64,000 nucleotides of DNA from Fimicolochytrium jonesii (lineage: Eukaryota), in the NCBI RefSeq assembly GCF_025526975.1, contig NW_026515693.1:124001-188000 (forward strand). The letters are read 5' to 3'. Both the position numbers and the translations under genes were made by a program. Positions 60,109 through 64,000 of this stretch are shown piece by piece (position 1 is the stretch's first letter; each line of letters begins with the position of its first letter). Below the pieces are notes generated by a model, which saw only the letters and a program-made list of their open reading frames with translations, ran no database searches and had not been told where the DNA came from.

Positions 60109-63100
60109 ATGATTGGGAATGAGCAGCACAGAGACATCACTCTTTCGCGTTTGCAAAACTTCATCGCCAAGTGTCAATTCGACGATGTCAACCTCCAGGC
60201 CGCGCTCATAAAGCACCGGGACCAGGCGGCTGTGAAGTTGGAGGTTTCCTCAGTGTCGGACCTGCAGCGCATGTATGTGGTGCATGCATGTGGTCTTGAG
60301 AGCGGTGACGGAAAGAGAGCTCAACGTTGCTGTGTTCCTTGTAGTCCATTCGACCAAGCTATCAAGGGGGACTTTTCTCCGGCAAAAGTGGGGGACAAGT
60401 TTGGACCGAGTGCGTAACGATCTTTCCAGGCGTTTGCCGACTTCAAATCACTTGGGCGTCATCCTGATGTGCGCTTCTTTGATTCCAGCGTGGTCAACGC
60501 ACTGGTTTCGCGTCACAATCGACATCCCGGCTTCATTCAAAGGGGAAGAAGTGGAGCTGATCTTTGATCCGACATGTGAAGCGCTGGTTTGGTCAACGGA
60601 CGGAGAGCCGTTGATGGGAATCACAGGCGACAACAATATCGACAGGCATGTCGAGTATAGACTCACTAAGAATGCCACCGGAAAGGAGGTGGGTGGATTG
60701 ATGACGGTATCGACGTCAGAGGCAACATGTCTGAAAGGAGAAACCTCAGCACATTGAGCTGTACATTGAGAGCGCGTGTAATGGAATGTTTGGCGCTGGA
60801 GTTGGTAAGACGCGATAGTGCCGCTCGAAATCGATCCAATACCAAGGCTTATGTCTGTGTTGATCGCGGCTGCAGGCGGCAATGGGTCTATCCAACCTCC
60901 TGAGAACGATAGGTACTTCAAGCTGGCCACGGCGGAGATCATCGTTCGAAACAAAGTAGCTTGGGAGCTACTCGGGGACATGGAGGTTCTCGTGGCAATG
61001 ATCAAGGTGTGGAAGAGCTCACGGCTATGGTCGTGGTCGCAACCACTACTGAAGCGTCAAGCGTTTTGTAGGAGCTTCCGAAGGATTCCCAAGCATCATG
61101 GGATGCATTGTCCACCGCAAACACGATTGCGAACGTGGCGTCCTACGATGACGAAAGGTAGGCGATTGGCGTCGTCAACAACGTGCGATTTGGTAGCTCC
61201 TCTGAGAGTGATACTGATTCGGAACGTACAGTTCCCTCGTGGAAGCCAAGAAGATCAGCGCTGAATTCTTCGCCAAGAGAGCGGATGTGGGCTTTCCACA
61301 ACATGTCATCACCGCTATTGGAAATTGCCACATCGACACGGCATGGCTGTGGCCTTATGACGAGACGAAACGAAAAGCGGCACGAAGCTGGGCCACCCAA
61401 TGCGGCCTTATCGAAGAATATCCAGAATATGTGTTTGCGGCCTCGCAAGCCCAACAGTTCGAATGGACCGAGCAGCTGTACCCGAAACTCTTCGAGCGTA
61501 TGAAGAAGCATGCTAAATCGGATCGGTTTATCCCCGTCGGAGGCACCTGGGTCGAAATGGACTGCAACATGCCCTCCGGGGAGGCGATGTGCCGGCAATT
61601 CCTGTACGGACAGCGATATTTTGAGCATAAGTTTGGCGAGCGAAGCCATGTATTCTGGTTGCCAGATACGTTTGGTTACTCTGCCCAACTGCCGCAGATC
61701 ATCCACGAGGCGGACCTGCGGTACTTCTTCACCCAGAAGTTGTCCTGGAACAATATCAACAAGTTTCCGCATACCACCTTCAATTGGACGGGTCTGGATG
61801 GGACGTCGGTGCTGACCCACTTTTCGCCGGCCGATACGTACACCGCGCAAGCTAGCGTGAGGGACGTGATATTCGCGGTGCAGAACAACAAGGACAAGGC
61901 GTACTCCAATCAGTCCTTGCTGCTATATGGCAACGGCGATGGAGGAGGCGGTCCACTGAGAGCCATGCTCGAACGACTGCGGCGTGTGCGCAAACTTCAA
62001 GGCTTCCCAGCTGTAGTCGAGCACGGCACGCCAAACTCCTTCTACGAGAAACTGGAAGCAACCAGCAAAGACCTGACAAGCTGGCGGGGAGAACTGTACT
62101 TTGAGCTGCATCGCGGGACATACACTACGCATGCGCTAATCAAGAAGGGCAATCGGAAGGGAGAGCTGCTGTTACGGCAGGTTGAGATCTTGGGCGCGCT
62201 TGCTTCGACAACGAGTGGAACGGGGTACACGTATGAGAAGCCCGAGCTGGATCGGCTTTGGAAGCTTTTGCTGCTCAATCAGTTCCATGATGTCTTACCG
62301 GGCTCGTCGATTGGGATGGTCTATATCGATGCGCTAAAGTTCTACAAAGACATTCAAGCTTCTGGCTCGAAGCTCAGCGAGCGGGCTTTTGAGCATCTCG
62401 TGAAGAGCGGCGGCGCTCAGATTGGAACTACCGCAGTCAACGCATCGGCAGTGTTCAACCCGACCTCTTGGGCCCGCTCCGGCGAGATAGTTGAAGTCGA
62501 CATCTCATCCGGCGCAGCTGCACAAGCCCACTCCTCCTTCCAGCAACTCTCCGCTGACAAAACAAAGGGCCTACATATCGCAAACGACATCCCACCATAC
62601 ACCCTCGCGGCCTTCGATTTCACCAAAGACGACCACGACGACTGGTTCGTACCCATCATCGTCAACCACTCCAAAGACGAAGTCATCGTAAAGAACAAAT
62701 TCATCGAAATCAAATTCGACCCCCTCGGCCGGATCCGCTCGTTCATCGACACGCTCGAAAATCGGCAAGTGATCGCGCCGGGGTACCTGGCGAACACGTT
62801 CAAGACGTTTGAGGATATACCGCTGTTTTGGGACGCGTGGGATATTGAGGTGTATCATTTGGAGAAAGGGTGGGATGCCCAGGCTGGGGGGGAGGGGTTG
62901 GTTGTGGAGGAGGATGGGCCGTTGAGGGTTGTGTTGAGGGTGGGATTGAAGGTGGGGAAGGCTAGTAAAGTGGTGCAGAGGATCATTATTTCGGCGACGA
63001 GCCCGAGAGTGGATTTTGAGACCTGGGTTGATTGGAGGGAGAATCGAAGGGTCTTGGTAAGATACGGATAAGTTTCATGTTATGGTCGCGACATATGTGA

Positions 63101-64000
63101 AGGTGTTGGACTGACACAGCTATGTATTGCAGAAAGTGGAGTTCCCTGTCAATATCGACAACGACTTTGCCACTTATGAGACACAGTTTGGGTTCATTCG
63201 GCGCCCAACGCATTATAACAACAGCTGGTGCGTACATTCCGCTCATAGTTGGAGGGCTTCTGGATCGTGAGCTGATCTAATTTTTCATGACAGGGACCTA
63301 GCGAGATTCGAAGTCTGCGCTCACAAATTCGTGGACTACTCGGAGCACGGCTATGGAGTGGCTTTGCTGAATGATAGGTTAGTCTGACCGTCACCGGTGG
63401 GAGATCGCGCGGCACTGCTGATATAGGTCCGCACGTAGTAAATACGGGTTTGCTGTGCACGGCAATGTCATTCGTATGTCGGTGTTGCGGGCGCCAAAGG
63501 TAAGATATGGAATGGAAGGGGTTCGAGCATGATTCGCAGTTTGACGATGTATGTGCTGATGGCGGACCACACCAGGCCCCGGATGCGGATTGCGACATAG
63601 GTAAGCTTTCGTACGTCTGCATTGAGTATACATATGCGCTATTCGCTCACGTACGAGTCGTAGGAGAGCATACGTTCCGCTACGCCTTGTACCCGCACAA
63701 AGGAAGCTTTGCTGAGAGTAATGTGGTTCAGGCCGGCTATGAGTTCAACGTGCCGTTGGTTATCTCGTACGTACCATCTGCTACGGATGATGCAAAACCC
63801 TGCCCATATCATTAACCCGATCCGCGCTCCACACAGTCCGACGCCAGTAGACTTGGCATCGTTCACCCCACGTCAGTTCTTTTCCATTGACAAACCGAAC
63901 ATTGTGCTGGACACTATCAAAATCGCCGAAGGACCGCTGTCGGATACTGCAAAGCCCGCTTTGAAAACCCTCGTTCTGCGGTTCTATGAGGCGTATGGGG
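60109..64000 (+). CDS. AMS1: Alpha-mannosidase GH38 (Ams1/MAN2C1), multi-exon, 3'-truncated by window
   Basis: [66 protein letters not shown] and WDAWD. Confidence 0.95.

Overview
This is intron-rich eukaryotic DNA (mostly 55-80 nt GT-AG introns), most likely from a zoosporic/early-diverging fungus. It carries fungal-type ATG11, MLP1, AMS1 and acetate kinase together with RTEL1, ClpP, MUTYH-like and WDR87/97-like genes. About 25 spliced protein-coding genes and one intron-containing tRNA-Gly(CCC) can be reconstructed by eye, and many are arranged head-to-head. Most ORFs in the supplied track are antisense shadows or intron read-throughs. The gene-poor segment 3.6-7.4 kb is the least ordinary part. 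It holds a degenerate ~42-bp tandem array whose core matches the 5' end (stem I) of U2 snRNA and also reads as a GLLAKIL amphipathic peptide repeat, a small secreted beta/gamma-crystallin-like protein, and decayed coding remnants. Also notable are a 2H-phosphoesterase+TPR gene convergent with a compact Trf4-like nucleotidyltransferase, recurrent C-rich to G-rich compositional switches inside exons, and hairpins in unusually long first introns. All calls come from manual reading with no database searches, and exon boundaries are predictions.
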